Below, piece by piece: positions 47,449 through 56,723 of a stretch of DNA of 64,000 nt. The notes below the pieces were generated by a model. The model was not told the origin of the DNA, made no database searches, and was given only the letters and a program-made list of their open reading frames with translations. Position 1 is the first letter of the stretch. Every line of letters starts with the position of its first letter. The stretch spans positions 12,680 through 76,679 of the forward strand of contig JALOQM010000002.1 in NCBI GenBank assembly GCA_025453495.1, written 5' to 3'. The DNA comes from Minisyncoccota bacterium. Lineage in GTDB: Bacteria > Patescibacteriota > Minisyncoccia > Phycocordibacterales > UBA9973. Both the position numbers and the translations under genes were made by a program.

Positions 47449-49156
47449 TATTGCTACAGCACGTATACGACTAGTATCCGGTACCATTATCGTGGTTGCG
47501 CTTGTCTGCATAGCAAAGCTCTTTCACTTGGGTGTCATTCATGGCGCATCATATGTTGAGCGTGCAGATAGACAATACGCGACACCAGCTGGTGATGTAT
47601 TTGAACGTGGTTCTATTTTTTTTACTCAAAAAGACGGCACGCTTGTCTCTGCTGCTGCAGTGGTCTCAGGCTACCAACTCTCGGTAAAGCCATTTCTTAT
47701 AGAAGCTCCTGATAATGTATATGAAAAGCTTAGTGCTGTAACTCCAATAAAGCGAGACGTCTTTGACCGAGCGGTATCACAAAAAGATCGCAAAGATAGG
47801 GAAGTGCGCATCGCTTCACGCCTTACCAAGATACAAGCAGATGCAATACAGGCACTACAGATTCCTGGGACTATTGTCGCTAAAGAAAAATGGCGTTTCT
47901 ATCCAGGTGGGAGTATGGCAGCGCACGCGCTTGGTTTTGTGGCATACAAGGACAATGAGTTGTCCGGGCGCTATGGTATTGAGCGGTACTACAATGATGT
48001 GCTCTCAAGAAAGCAAGATGGCCTGTATATAAACTTCTTTGCCGAAGTATTTTCCAATATTAGTGATTCACTTTTTCGCGGGGAGACAAGAGAGGGTGAT
48101 ATCGTAACTACAATTGAACCATCAGTGCAAAACATACTTGAAACCGAACTCAATAAAGTCATGTCTGAGTGGTCGTCGGATGCAGTAGGTGGCATAATTA
48201 TGAACCCAAAAGATGGGAGCATCTATGCACTTTCTGTACTTCCTGATTTTAACTTGAATGAATTTTCAAAAGTCGCCAACCCACTTACGTACGGTAATCC
48301 ACTTGTTGAGGATGTCTACGAATTCGGTTCAGTTGTCAAAGCGCTGACGATGGCGGCGGGGCTCGATAGTGGAGTTGTGACTCCTGAGACGACCTACAAT
48401 GACAAAGGATATGTCATTTTGGATAAAGCACGAATCAATAACTTTGATCTAAAGGCACGAGGAGTCGTGCCAATGCAGGAAGTACTTAGTCAGTCGCTCA
48501 ATACGGGTGTCGTACACATCATGCAAAAAATGGGAAAGCAAAAATTCAAAGACTACATGTTTGCTTATGGTATCGGAGAAAAGACAGGTATCGATTTACC
48601 AAATGAGATAAGTGGGCTCGTCGATAATCTACATTCACCGCGCGCTATCGAATATGCAACTGCATCTTTTGGTCAAGGTATAGCATTGACGCCGATGGCA
48701 GCGACACGCGCACTTGCGGTGCTTGCGAATGGCGGGACACTCGTGACACCGCATATCGCAACGAAGATTCGGTATGTGGATGGTACAGAAAAGAAGCTCG
48801 AACATCCTATGGGACAACGCGTACTCACACCTGAAACATCAGAAGAAATATCTCGGATGCTCTCTGTCGTTGTCGATAGAGCGCTACTTGGTGGTACAGT
48901 CAAGATGGAGCACTATAGTATTTCGGCTAAAACTGGTACCGCGCAAATGGCACGAGAAGATGGACGTGGCTATTACGATGATAGATATTTGCACTCATTT
49001 TTTGGCTACTTCCCATCATATGATCCCCGCTATCTTATATTTCTCTACAATGTCAATCCAAAAAATATCGACTATGCTTCAAAGACTCTTACAACTCCGT
49101 TTATCAATCTTTCCAAGTTCTTATTGTCTTATTATGATGTGCCACCCGACCGCTAA
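47435..49156 (+). CDS. ftsI: Penicillin-binding protein (FtsI/PBP3-type transpeptidase)
   Basis: SxxK (SVVK), SxN (SLNTG), KTG (KTGTAQ). Start at the ATG at 47435, overlapping the ftsL stop. Confidence 0.8.
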   Translation: MSSNNIATARIRLVSGTIIVVALVCIAKLFHLGVIHGASYVERADRQYATPAGDVFERGSIFFTQKDGTLVSAAAVVSGYQLSVKPFLIEAPDNVYEKLSAVTPIKRDVFDRAVSQKDRKDREVRIASRLTKIQADAIQALQIPGTIVAKEKWRFYPGGSMAAHALGFVAYKDNELSGRYGIERYYNDVLSRKQDGLYINFFAEVFSNISDSLFRGETREGDIVTTIEPSVQNILETELNKVMSEWSSDAVGGIIMNPKDGSIYALSVLPDFNLNEFSKVANPLTYGNPLVEDVYEFGSVVKALTMAAGLDSGVVTPETTYNDKGYVILDKARINNFDLKARGVVPMQEVLSQSLNTGVVHIMQKMGKQKFKDYMFAYGIGEKTGIDLPNEISGLVDNLHSPRAIEYATASFGQGIALTPMAATRALAVLANGGTLVTPHIATKIRYVDGTEKKLEHPMGQRVLTPETSEEISRMLSVVVDRALLGGTVKMEHYSISAKTGTAQMAREDGRGYYDDRYLHSFFGYFPSYDPRYLIFLYNVNPKNIDYASKTLTTPFINLSKFLLSYYDVPPDR

Positions 49157-49197
49157 TTTGTCATAAATGCTATACTTATGCTATATACAAAATTCAT

Positions 49198-50502
49198 ATG
49201 CTAAAACAACTCGCAAAAAAAACCATCGCACATATACTTACTTGGCAAGCAAGGATGGTGCTTGCGCGATATACACCAAACATAGTTGCTATTACAGGCA
49301 ATATTGGCAAGACCTCTGCCAAAGATAGCGTGCATGCAGTGCTTTCTCGTTTTTATACAGTACGGAAAAGTGAAAAGAGCTTCAATAGTGAGATAGGATT
49401 ACCGCTCACTATACTCGGTATACCAAATGCGTGGAATGATCCTCTAGGTTGGGTAAAAAATATCGCATATGGTTTTTGGCTGATCATCAAAAAGCAGCAG
49501 TATCCAGAATGGCTCGTGCTTGAAGTTGGCGCTGATCGTCCTGGTGATATAGCTGCAGTTTCGAAATGGCTCAAATCTGACATCGTAGTGTATACCCGTT
49601 TCGGCAATGTACCGGTCCATGTCGAATTTTTCAAAACACCAGATGAGCTCTTTCGAGAAAAAAGTAATCTTCTCGATGCACTCAAACCAAATGGCACACT
49701 CATACTCAATGCTGACGATGAGCGCATCATGACACTCAAAGCAAAAGCACGGACGAAGGTAGTCACCTTCGGTTTTGATGAACAAGCGATGATTCAGGCC
49801 TCAAACGATACTATTGCATATAGTCAAGCTGGCATGTATGGTGCACCATCTGGGATCGTATTTCGTATAAATTATGGTGGCTCAAGTATCCCAGTACAGA
49901 TTGATGGGGGATTCGGACGAAATCATGTTTACTCTGCACTTGCTGCCCTTGCGATCGCATATGACAGAGAGTGCAATATGCTCACCGCAGTAGAAGCACT
50001 CAAAAATCAAGATCTTCCACCTGGTCGCATGCGAGTTATCGCTGGTGTCAAAGAGTCCGTCGTTATAGATGATACGTACAATGCCGCGCCGCTTGCTACT
50101 GAAACTGCGCTTGAAACACTTGGCTCACTTGCTGTAGAAGGCAGGAAAATCGCAGTCCTTGGAGATATGCTCGAACTTGGCAGGTATACACAGGAGGCAC
50201 ACAAAAAAGTAGGGGAATATGCGGCGCGTCACGCCGACATACTTGTAACAGTCGGTATCCGTTCACGCTATACTGCAGAAGGAGCGCTCAATGCTGGCAT
50301 GAGTGAGAAAAATATTTTTCAATATGAGGATGCTCGTGTAGCAGGGAAATTTGTCGAAGGAGAACTTAGCAAAGGTGATATAGTGCTTGTCAAAGGTTCA
50401 CAGGGTATGCGTATGGAACGTGCGGTAGAAGAAATAATGGCACATCCAGAAGACAAAGAACGACTTCTTGTCAGGCAGGATAGTGAGTGGCGCAAGCGAT
50501 AA
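49198..50502 (+). CDS. murF: UDP-N-acetylmuramoyl-tripeptide--D-alanyl-D-alanine ligase
   Basis: Mur ligase P-loop ITGNIGKTS and MurF-type domains. 434 aa. Confidence 0.8.
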   Translation: MLKQLAKKTIAHILTWQARMVLARYTPNIVAITGNIGKTSAKDSVHAVLSRFYTVRKSEKSFNSEIGLPLTILGIPNAWNDPLGWVKNIAYGFWLIIKKQQYPEWLVLEVGADRPGDIAAVSKWLKSDIVVYTRFGNVPVHVEFFKTPDELFREKSNLLDALKPNGTLILNADDERIMTLKAKARTKVVTFGFDEQAMIQASNDTIAYSQAGMYGAPSGIVFRINYGGSSIPVQIDGGFGRNHVYSALAALAIAYDRECNMLTAVEALKNQDLPPGRMRVIAGVKESVVIDDTYNAAPLATETALETLGSLAVEGRKIAVLGDMLELGRYTQEAHKKVGEYAARHADILVTVGIRSRYTAEGALNAGMSEKNIFQYEDARVAGKFVEGELSKGDIVLVKGSQGMRMERAVEEIMAHPEDKERLLVRQDSEWRKR

Positions 50503-50509
50503 AATAAAA

Positions 50510-50540
50510 AAGCACAAAGACATTATCTCTGTGCTTTTTG
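50510..50540 (+). terminator. Putative terminator after murF
   Basis: AAGCACA...TGTGCTT hairpin with a T-run. Confidence 0.45.
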
Positions 50541-50558
50541 CTTCTAAGCTTTTTCAAT

Positions 50559-50957
50559 TTAAGCAGTTTGCATGGCTGCTTTCATCAGCATGATAGGGAT
50601 GCCATACGGCTTAGCAACATACTGATCTGAATAAATGGTAAAGATCATTTTTTTTACTGGCAGACTCTGCGGAGCTTTCTCACTTCCTGAGGCGTTTTTA
50701 GGTACTGATTCTCGAATGATTTCGAGCACTCCGATGACTATCACACTACCTGTAGACAAATCGGTAGTTTGGAAGATTTGTTTTCCAGTTTCGTCATACT
50801 GAATCATGAATTCTTTTGATGAAACATACTCATTAGCAGGAGTTATTTGTGCCTGCCAAGTATTTTTCTTTTCTTCGTTAGAATTAAAAGAAATAATGAA
50901 CAGTGGTACGTCTTCAAACGTGGAGATCTGTAAAAGTAGTATCTGTTTGTTATTCAT
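50559..50957 (-). CDS. Hypothetical protein
   Basis: 132-aa ORF. No recognised family. Confidence 0.4.
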   Translation of the reverse strand: MNNKQILLLQISTFEDVPLFIISFNSNEEKKNTWQAQITPANEYVSSKEFMIQYDETGKQIFQTTDLSTGSVIVIGVLEIIRESVPKNASGSEKAPQSLPVKKMIFTIYSDQYVAKPYGIPIMLMKAAMQTA

Positions 50958-50992
50958 TTATTCTTTTTTTTGGTGCAACTGCGAGTAGAATA

Positions 50993-51021
50993 ACATATTG
51001 TACTGATAGTACAATATGTTT
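50993..51021. promoter_or_regulatory. Perfect 13-bp inverted repeat AACATATTGTACT-gat-AGTACAATATGTT upstream of tRNA-Glu and the divergent 50957 gene
   Basis: Seen directly. Candidate operator. Confidence 0.4.
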
Positions 51022-51066
51022 ATTGCCGATTTTTTCCTTTTGCTATATACTCCAAATGCTTTTCAT

Positions 51067-51141
51067 GGCCCTATCGTCTAACGGTTAGGACGGAAGCTTC
51101 TCAAGCTTCAAATCGGGGTTCGATTCCCCGTAGGGTCACCA
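51067..51141 (+). tRNA. tRNA-Glu (anticodon CUC) with encoded CCA
   Basis: Acceptor GGCCCTA/TAGGGTC, anticodon stem GAAGC/GCTTC with loop TTCTCAA, T-loop GGTTCGATTCC, 3' ACCA. Confidence 0.8.
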
Positions 51142-51306
51142 TCAACAGCTAGCACGAGAGGGTTATATTTTCAGAGGATTTTGCAGACGAAAAACTCCAT
51201 CCTTCTCGAATCGAATTTGCTTGGGATCTAAATACAGACCTTTTGAAAGAAGGTTTGTATTTAGAGTAATTGTATAAAAGTGGTCTGAAAATGATAAAAT
51301 TGCTCT

Positions 51307-54300
51307 ATGAGTAGCCAAATTGACAGGAGATACCTGTCGCTTCAGTTTTGGAAGAAAGTACACGAAAAGAATGGCTCTGAATTTCAGAGCTTGTTTTCTG
51401 ATGTGATGGAAAAAGCTGTTCCTGAATTCCAAAAAGTTAGACCCTATGGAAATGTAGGAGACGGAGGCAATGACGGCTACATACCTAGCAAGGGCATCTA
51501 TTACCAGGTTTATGCACCTGAGAACCCTTCTGACAGGAGTACTGAAGCCGCCAAAAAGATGGTGGACGATTTCAATAAGTTAAAGAATAGTGGTTGGAGT
51601 GAGATTTCAAACATAAAGGAATATCACTTTGTTTTTAATGATAAGAACAATGGATTGGATAGTGTTCTTGAGTCAGCACGGGCACAGCTAGTGAGTGAAA
51701 ACCCTGGAATTACTTTCGACACTCTTCTACCTAGGAAGCTTGAAGAAACTTTCTTGAGTCTAAGTAGCGACCAGCTTATCTCACTGGGTTTTGATGTAGA
51801 CCAAAGAAAAGCCTTAGAAGTATCAAGAGAATATCTTAAGGGATTGGAGGCCGAGTTAGATAGAGGTCACGCAAACTTCGTTTCTCAAACTCTAGATACA
51901 ATGCGTGACATTGTTTCGTCACAAGGAGACGAAGCATTGTTGCTTGATTTTGAGCTTATTGAAGCCCGCACGCTTCAGCGTCTTGAAAAAGTGCCTGAGG
52001 CAAGAAAGAAATATGAGGATTTGTATAAAAGATATCCAAGGGATGTCCGAGCACCACTTTATTTGGCAGAACTTTATGCAATAGCTGGCGACTATCCTGA
52101 AAACCAGAGACTGTTAGATGAAGCGAAAGCAATTGATGCTTCCCACTGGCTTTATTTGCTCGAAATCCTGGTAAGAAAGAGTTTTCTTAAGGAGGAAGTC
52201 TCGATAAACGAAATAGATACCGATGCTTTTCCTGCTGACCCAAAGATTAAGTCTGACTATTATCGGCTTTATGGAAATATCCTGAAGCAGTCTGAGGATG
52301 GTGCAAATGCAACAGCTTTTATCGAAAGAGCATTGCATTTTAATCCCGAAAAGATATCCAACTATGATGCAAAGATTGCGATGGATATCAATAATCTTGT
52401 ATCTGAGACCGATGAGGTCAAAAGAAAGAGTAAAACTGAAGAAATCCTTAAGGAAATAAAAGCAACAAACGATAAGTTTAAGGCTTCAGGCAATATCGGT
52501 GTTCGCAATCAGGTCTACTTGAATTATAAGCAGGCAATGCTTCTTGTTCAAAACGAGCGTTTGGACGAGTTCGCTTCGGTGGTTAAGGACACATTTGAGC
52601 TAATACTTTCTTGCCATTTTGATAATGTCATTGACGGCATACTGACCGACCTCCTTGCATTTGCAGGTCTACCGAAAGTGGTATTTGAAAAACTTATTAC
52701 TTATTTAGATAAGGCAGAAAGACCACTATCTGACGGATTTGCAAAGAGAATGTTTTTACAATTCCTCGACCAAGGCACTCTAGAGACCAAGGGTAAAGAA
52801 TTCTACACAAACAAGAAGCTGGATAATTTCGTTGCACTCATAGACGACTTAGAAAAGAAAGACTATGACGGCTTTGTTGCCAAAGTAAAAGACGACCATT
52901 ACTTTGCCGTTATGACTTGTATCGCAATCAACCAGCCTGATTTGCGAAAGAAAATAATTGAGGCTCTTCCTAATACTGGAGAAATACACAAAGACAGACT
53001 CTATTTGCTTTTGGAAGACGAAGCAGGAAATCCTGACGGAGCTTTTGATGTGCTGAAGAAAATGGATTTATCGAAAATTGGATATGTAGACAGCCAAAAA
53101 TTTCTGGGTGTTGCAAAAAGAAAAGAAGCCTGGGACTTTGTCCTAATTTTTGGTGAAAAGATACTCACCTACGAAAAAGAAGCCGATAAGATAGTTCGGA
53201 TTAAGCTTGAGCTATTTACAGCAAACTTCAAACTTGGACGCTTGCCTGAGACGGTAAAGATTGGAGAAGAGATACTTGGAAATAAGGAATATGTATCACT
53301 ATTGGATGAGAAAAATAGGGCTATCCTGTTGTGCCAAACTATCAGTGCACTTCTACGGAGAAATACTGATGTGGATAACCAAAAAGCAAAGGAACTTGTT
53401 GAGACATATAAGGACTATTTCTCTGATTTTGAAAGCAATGCTCTGCTTGTATCAGAAGTATACTTGAGACACAACGATGCAAAGACTGCTCTTGAAGCGG
53501 TTGTTCGTGGTGCAACACTAGCACGAAGACCGTCCCCTGAAGAGTACGCGGGTCTTTTTATGGTCTTTAACAAAATTGGAAATATTCTCGACATAAAACT
53601 AGAAACAGACGGACAGATTGAGAAAGAGAGGTTTGTTAAGTTCAAAGAAGAAGAGAGTTGGTATTTTGTTGGTGACGGAGAGTCCCTAGATGCACAACCT
53701 ATCCCAACAGCAAAACAAGGTGATTATATTGGAAAGAAAGTTGGCGAGAAAATCGCCCTCACTAATGCATATGCTTCTGATAAAAAAGAAAAGACTATAG
53801 AGAATATACTGCCTATAGAAAAATACATTATGTGGCAGACTTACCATCATTTCCAAAAACTATCTCTTGAGGGAATGTGGGATGCGGCTGTTTCAATTGA
53901 AGTACCTCAGACCGAAGATGGAGGGATTGATTTAAAGAATGTCATTGCACTGATGAAAGCTCAGCAGGAGCGTGGTCAGGAATTCTTTAACAATTACTGT
54001 GACCAGAATCTACCTTTTGCTCTCCTTGTTGTTAGCGAGGGAGGGTTCACAAATGCAATCGGAAGAATACAAAATGAACAACGAGGCTTCATTAGAATGA
54101 GCGATGGCACAATGGCAGAATTTAATGCTCAGAAAGATGTTGTAATCAGAGTTCTTGCCAATAAAGAGCCGTTCTATCTGGATGGTACTTCAGCTTGGGT
54201 CCTCGCAGAGACAGGTCTCTTGAGTAAGCTCCATCAGCATTTTCCAAATATTAAGGTGCCCCAATCCGTTATTACTTTGCTTTTAGAAATCAAAGACAAA

Positions 54301-55134
54301 TTGAGCTACACGCCAGGGCAAGCTGGTCAGATGTTCTATTCCAATGGGAAAATCGGATATTCAGAGCTAAACCCAGAAGCACGAGAAAGAGTTGGACAAA
54401 GAATTTCTGAGACCATTGCACTTCTCGAAGCTAATTCAACCAATATCGGAGTCATATCTTCTGCCAGCAAGGAGGATGTATTTTCAGAAAGAGAAATCCC
54501 AGGAACTGTGACAGACGCAACAATCCTCGCACAAAGAGAAAATATTCCTGTTCTCACTGAAGATTTCTTGTACCTGCATATGAATGAGCTTGAGACAAAA
54601 AAGCCAAAGCCTCAGTATTTCTCATCTTTCGTCTTGATGCGTGTGCTTTATGAACAAGGTCGCATTAGTTTCGAGGAGTATTTAGATTTCTTCTCGTATC
54701 TTGCTTCCTATAGGTTTAGGTTTCTTCAAATTACCACTGCGGACCTAGAAAAAGCCCTATTTGGAGATGGTGCAATCACTATTGTGCAACTAGAAAACAT
54801 CAAAAAATTGCATCTGCCAATGACTCTTTCCAGTGAGTACGGTGTAGACCCAAATAATGCACTGAAGTTGGTATTTCAATTTATACTCAAATTGCTTATA
54901 GACGACTCAGTATCTGTAGATGTGATAAAGCAAGTGTTTACAGAAATAATGTCCAAGTACCCAACAGAAAAAAGCAGAACCTTGCTTGGTAGAGCTTTGA
55001 TATCTTCAGCGGTTAAAGTAATTAACGAGAACAGAACCATAGTTGTTGGAGTAAATACACAAGAAAAAATTGATGCTTTGGTGCGAGTAAACGAAAAAAT
55101 AGACACCTTACCATCTATAGTTATTCCTAAATAA
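51307..55134 (+). CDS. Large (1275 aa) multidomain protein: N-terminal Mrr-like restriction-endonuclease-fold domain, central TPR-like alpha-helical repeats, uncharacterised C-terminal region, no NTPase motif. Candidate defence/conflict protein.
   Basis: The N-terminus aligns by eye with the Mrr catalytic domain: SEFQSLFSDVMEKAVPEF vs Mrr SPQEFERLVAELLRAMGY; GNVGDGGNDGY vs GRSGDGGIDGI; EYHFVFND vs GIFITTSSF. The Mrr (Q)xK lysine is replaced (YQVY). aa 200-800 are helical repeat-like. No GxxxxGK[ST] found anywhere. Confidence 0.6.
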   Translation: MSSQIDRRYLSLQFWKKVHEKNGSEFQSLFSDVMEKAVPEFQKVRPYGNVGDGGNDGYIPSKGIYYQVYAPENPSDRSTEAAKKMVDDFNKLKNSGWSEISNIKEYHFVFNDKNNGLDSVLESARAQLVSENPGITFDTLLPRKLEETFLSLSSDQLISLGFDVDQRKALEVSREYLKGLEAELDRGHANFVSQTLDTMRDIVSSQGDEALLLDFELIEARTLQRLEKVPEARKKYEDLYKRYPRDVRAPLYLAELYAIAGDYPENQRLLDEAKAIDASHWLYLLEILVRKSFLKEEVSINEIDTDAFPADPKIKSDYYRLYGNILKQSEDGANATAFIERALHFNPEKISNYDAKIAMDINNLVSETDEVKRKSKTEEILKEIKATNDKFKASGNIGVRNQVYLNYKQAMLLVQNERLDEFASVVKDTFELILSCHFDNVIDGILTDLLAFAGLPKVVFEKLITYLDKAERPLSDGFAKRMFLQFLDQGTLETKGKEFYTNKKLDNFVALIDDLEKKDYDGFVAKVKDDHYFAVMTCIAINQPDLRKKIIEALPNTGEIHKDRLYLLLEDEAGNPDGAFDVLKKMDLSKIGYVDSQKFLGVAKRKEAWDFVLIFGEKILTYEKEADKIVRIKLELFTANFKLGRLPETVKIGEEILGNKEYVSLLDEKNRAILLCQTISALLRRNTDVDNQKAKELVETYKDYFSDFESNALLVSEVYLRHNDAKTALEAVVRGATLARRPSPEEYAGLFMVFNKIGNILDIKLETDGQIEKERFVKFKEEESWYFVGDGESLDAQPIPTAKQGDYIGKKVGEKIALTNAYASDKKEKTIENILPIEKYIMWQTYHHFQKLSLEGMWDAAVSIEVPQTEDGGIDLKNVIALMKAQQERGQEFFNNYCDQNLPFALLVVSEGGFTNAIGRIQNEQRGFIRMSDGTMAEFNAQKDVVIRVLANKEPFYLDGTSAWVLAETGLLSKLHQHFPNIKVPQSVITLLLEIKDKLSYTPGQAGQMFYSNGKIGYSELNPEARERVGQRISETIALLEANSTNIGVISSASKEDVFSEREIPGTVTDATILAQRENIPVLTEDFLYLHMNELETKKPKPQYFSSFVLMRVLYEQGRISFEEYLDFFSYLASYRFRFLQITTADLEKALFGDGAITIVQLENIKKLHLPMTLSSEYGVDPNNALKLVFQFILKLLIDDSVSVDVIKQVFTEIMSKYPTEKSRTLLGRALISSAVKVINENRTIVVGVNTQEKIDALVRVNEKIDTLPSIVIPK

Positions 55135-55173
55135 TTCTGACCCTAGTATCATAATACTGTGTTTCAGAGAATT

Positions 55174-55713
55174 TTATTTTAAAAATATTTTTTTGCTCAG
55201 TAATACAATTCCGGTCTTTAGGCATCGTAAAAATTCTCGCTTCTCATACATCGACCCCTCAATCAAAATAAACTTCGCATAGTTGCGTATGTCGATATCT
55301 TTCACCGCAATAGGAGTTTTTGTTCCTAACAACATCTGCTCAAACTTCTTAAACCGTTGAACTTCTGCCGTGATCTTCTCCCTCATGGGTACAGTTTGTA
55401 TTTCCAGATCGTCCATGAGGTCTTGAAGTTGTGCCACCAAGTCTTCTTCGTTTATGAATCCGCACGGACAGTCCTGATCTCTCGTTCTAGTACATTTGTA
55501 ATAAACATAGCGGTTCACGTTGCCATTCTTCTGATGTTTGAATTTCTCATCAGCGGTGATGCCTGATCCGCATAGTCCGCAGGTCATAATCTTGGTGAAA
55601 GCGAACTCTTTCTGTGACGATCTTGGCTCTAGCGTTTGGCTCTTTATCTTTTCTTGAACGAGATCAAAAAGTTCTTTGGTGATGATTGGTTCGCGGGCAC
55701 CGTCATGCGCTTA
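55174..55713 (-). pseudogene. 5'-truncated large serine recombinase (integrase). Only the C-terminal linker, recombinase zinc beta-ribbon and coiled coil remain.
   Basis: In-frame translation AHDGAREPIITKELFDLVQEKIKSQ...KEFAFTKIMTCGLCGSGITADEKF...NRYVYYKCTRTRDQDCPCGF matches the Zn-ribbon recombinase domain of large serine recombinases. The frame opens straight after a TAA at 55714-55716, and there is no room for the ~300-aa catalytic N-terminus before the next gene. Confidence 0.65.
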
Positions 55714-55808
55714 TAATTTCTCCACCTGGGTCAAACAGTCGGCTATCTTCGCGACCCAAATGGCTTCTTAGTAGAGATATGCACAAAGATACAGTAAAAG
55801 CTGTTTTA

Positions 55809-56720
55809 CTAGTGTTTACTGTAATATTTCTTTTTTATGTCCGATAGCGCAGAATGTAAATCGTCGAATGCGAATGTGAAACCAGCCTTCTTTATTTTCG
55901 TCGAATCGATTTTCTGTCCACCTAAAAGAGCATGTGCAAATTCTCCCTTCACCATTTGTGCGATAAAAGCGGGGATAGGTAGAGTCCAGAAAAAGCCAAA
56001 CACCTTTTGAATACTTCGCATAAATGTTTTTTGTGACAGCGGAGTTCCTGTAGCGGTATTGTAGACACCAGTCATTTTTTTATTTTCAAGTGCAAAGATG
56101 TATTGAGAAACCAAATCTTCCACATGCACCCATGGCATATATTGCGTGCCATTTCCAAAGTAGCCGCCGAGGCCAAGTTTGAAGAGCTTGAGCATCTCCG
56201 ACAAGATGCCACCTCGTCCTAGTACATGCGCAGTCCGAAGGGCGACAACTCTCGTCCCCATTTTTTCAAAACTAAAAGCTTCTTTTTCCCAATCAACACA
56301 AATCTGCGCTAGGAAGTCATTACCCGGGGAAGCATTTTCATCTAGGGCTATATCTTTGCCGTTTCCATAGAATCCAACAGCTGAGGCAGATACAAATACT
56401 TCTGGTGTGAGTGCTGCTTTTTCAAAAGACAGACGCAGATTTTTTGTTGTCTCAATGCGACTGTCTCGTAATAGTTTCTTGTACTCTTTTGTCCATTTAC
56501 CAGAAATCGGTGCACCTGCGAGGTGTATGATTCCATACACGCCATCCAAGATTTCTTTGGAGATAAGTTCTCTATGAAGCGCGATAGTGTAAAAGTGCAC
56601 CTTTTCATTTTTACTAGGCACAATGTCAATAACAGAGACTACATAGCCTTTTTCCAAAAGCCGTTCTGATAAGATGCTCCCAACAAATCCTGAACCACCA
56701 GTGATAATAATTTTTTTCAT
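55809..56720 (-). CDS. NAD-dependent epimerase/dehydratase family protein (YfcH-like, SDR39U1) with a DUF1731-like C-terminus
   Basis: GGSGFVGS Rossmann motif and a YfcH-like C-terminal segment. 303 aa. Confidence 0.7.
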   Translation of the reverse strand: MKKIIITGGSGFVGSILSERLLEKGYVVSVIDIVPSKNEKVHFYTIALHRELISKEILDGVYGIIHLAGAPISGKWTKEYKKLLRDSRIETTKNLRLSFEKAALTPEVFVSASAVGFYGNGKDIALDENASPGNDFLAQICVDWEKEAFSFEKMGTRVVALRTAHVLGRGGILSEMLKLFKLGLGGYFGNGTQYMPWVHVEDLVSQYIFALENKKMTGVYNTATGTPLSQKTFMRSIQKVFGFFWTLPIPAFIAQMVKGEFAHALLGGQKIDSTKIKKAGFTFAFDDLHSALSDIKKKYYSKH

Positions 56721-56723
56721 ATT

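Noticed and set aside
51142-55808. Duplicated tRNA-Glu 3' end as attR for the tRNA-Glu island
   Set aside because: Only a weak resemblance (GGGTCA..AC near 55733) was found. It is not convincing without a computed alignment.
55714-56720. Intact N-terminus of the serine recombinase further upstream
   Set aside because: The frame is closed by a TAA at 55714-55716, and the upstream space is occupied by a well-supported epimerase gene on the same strand.
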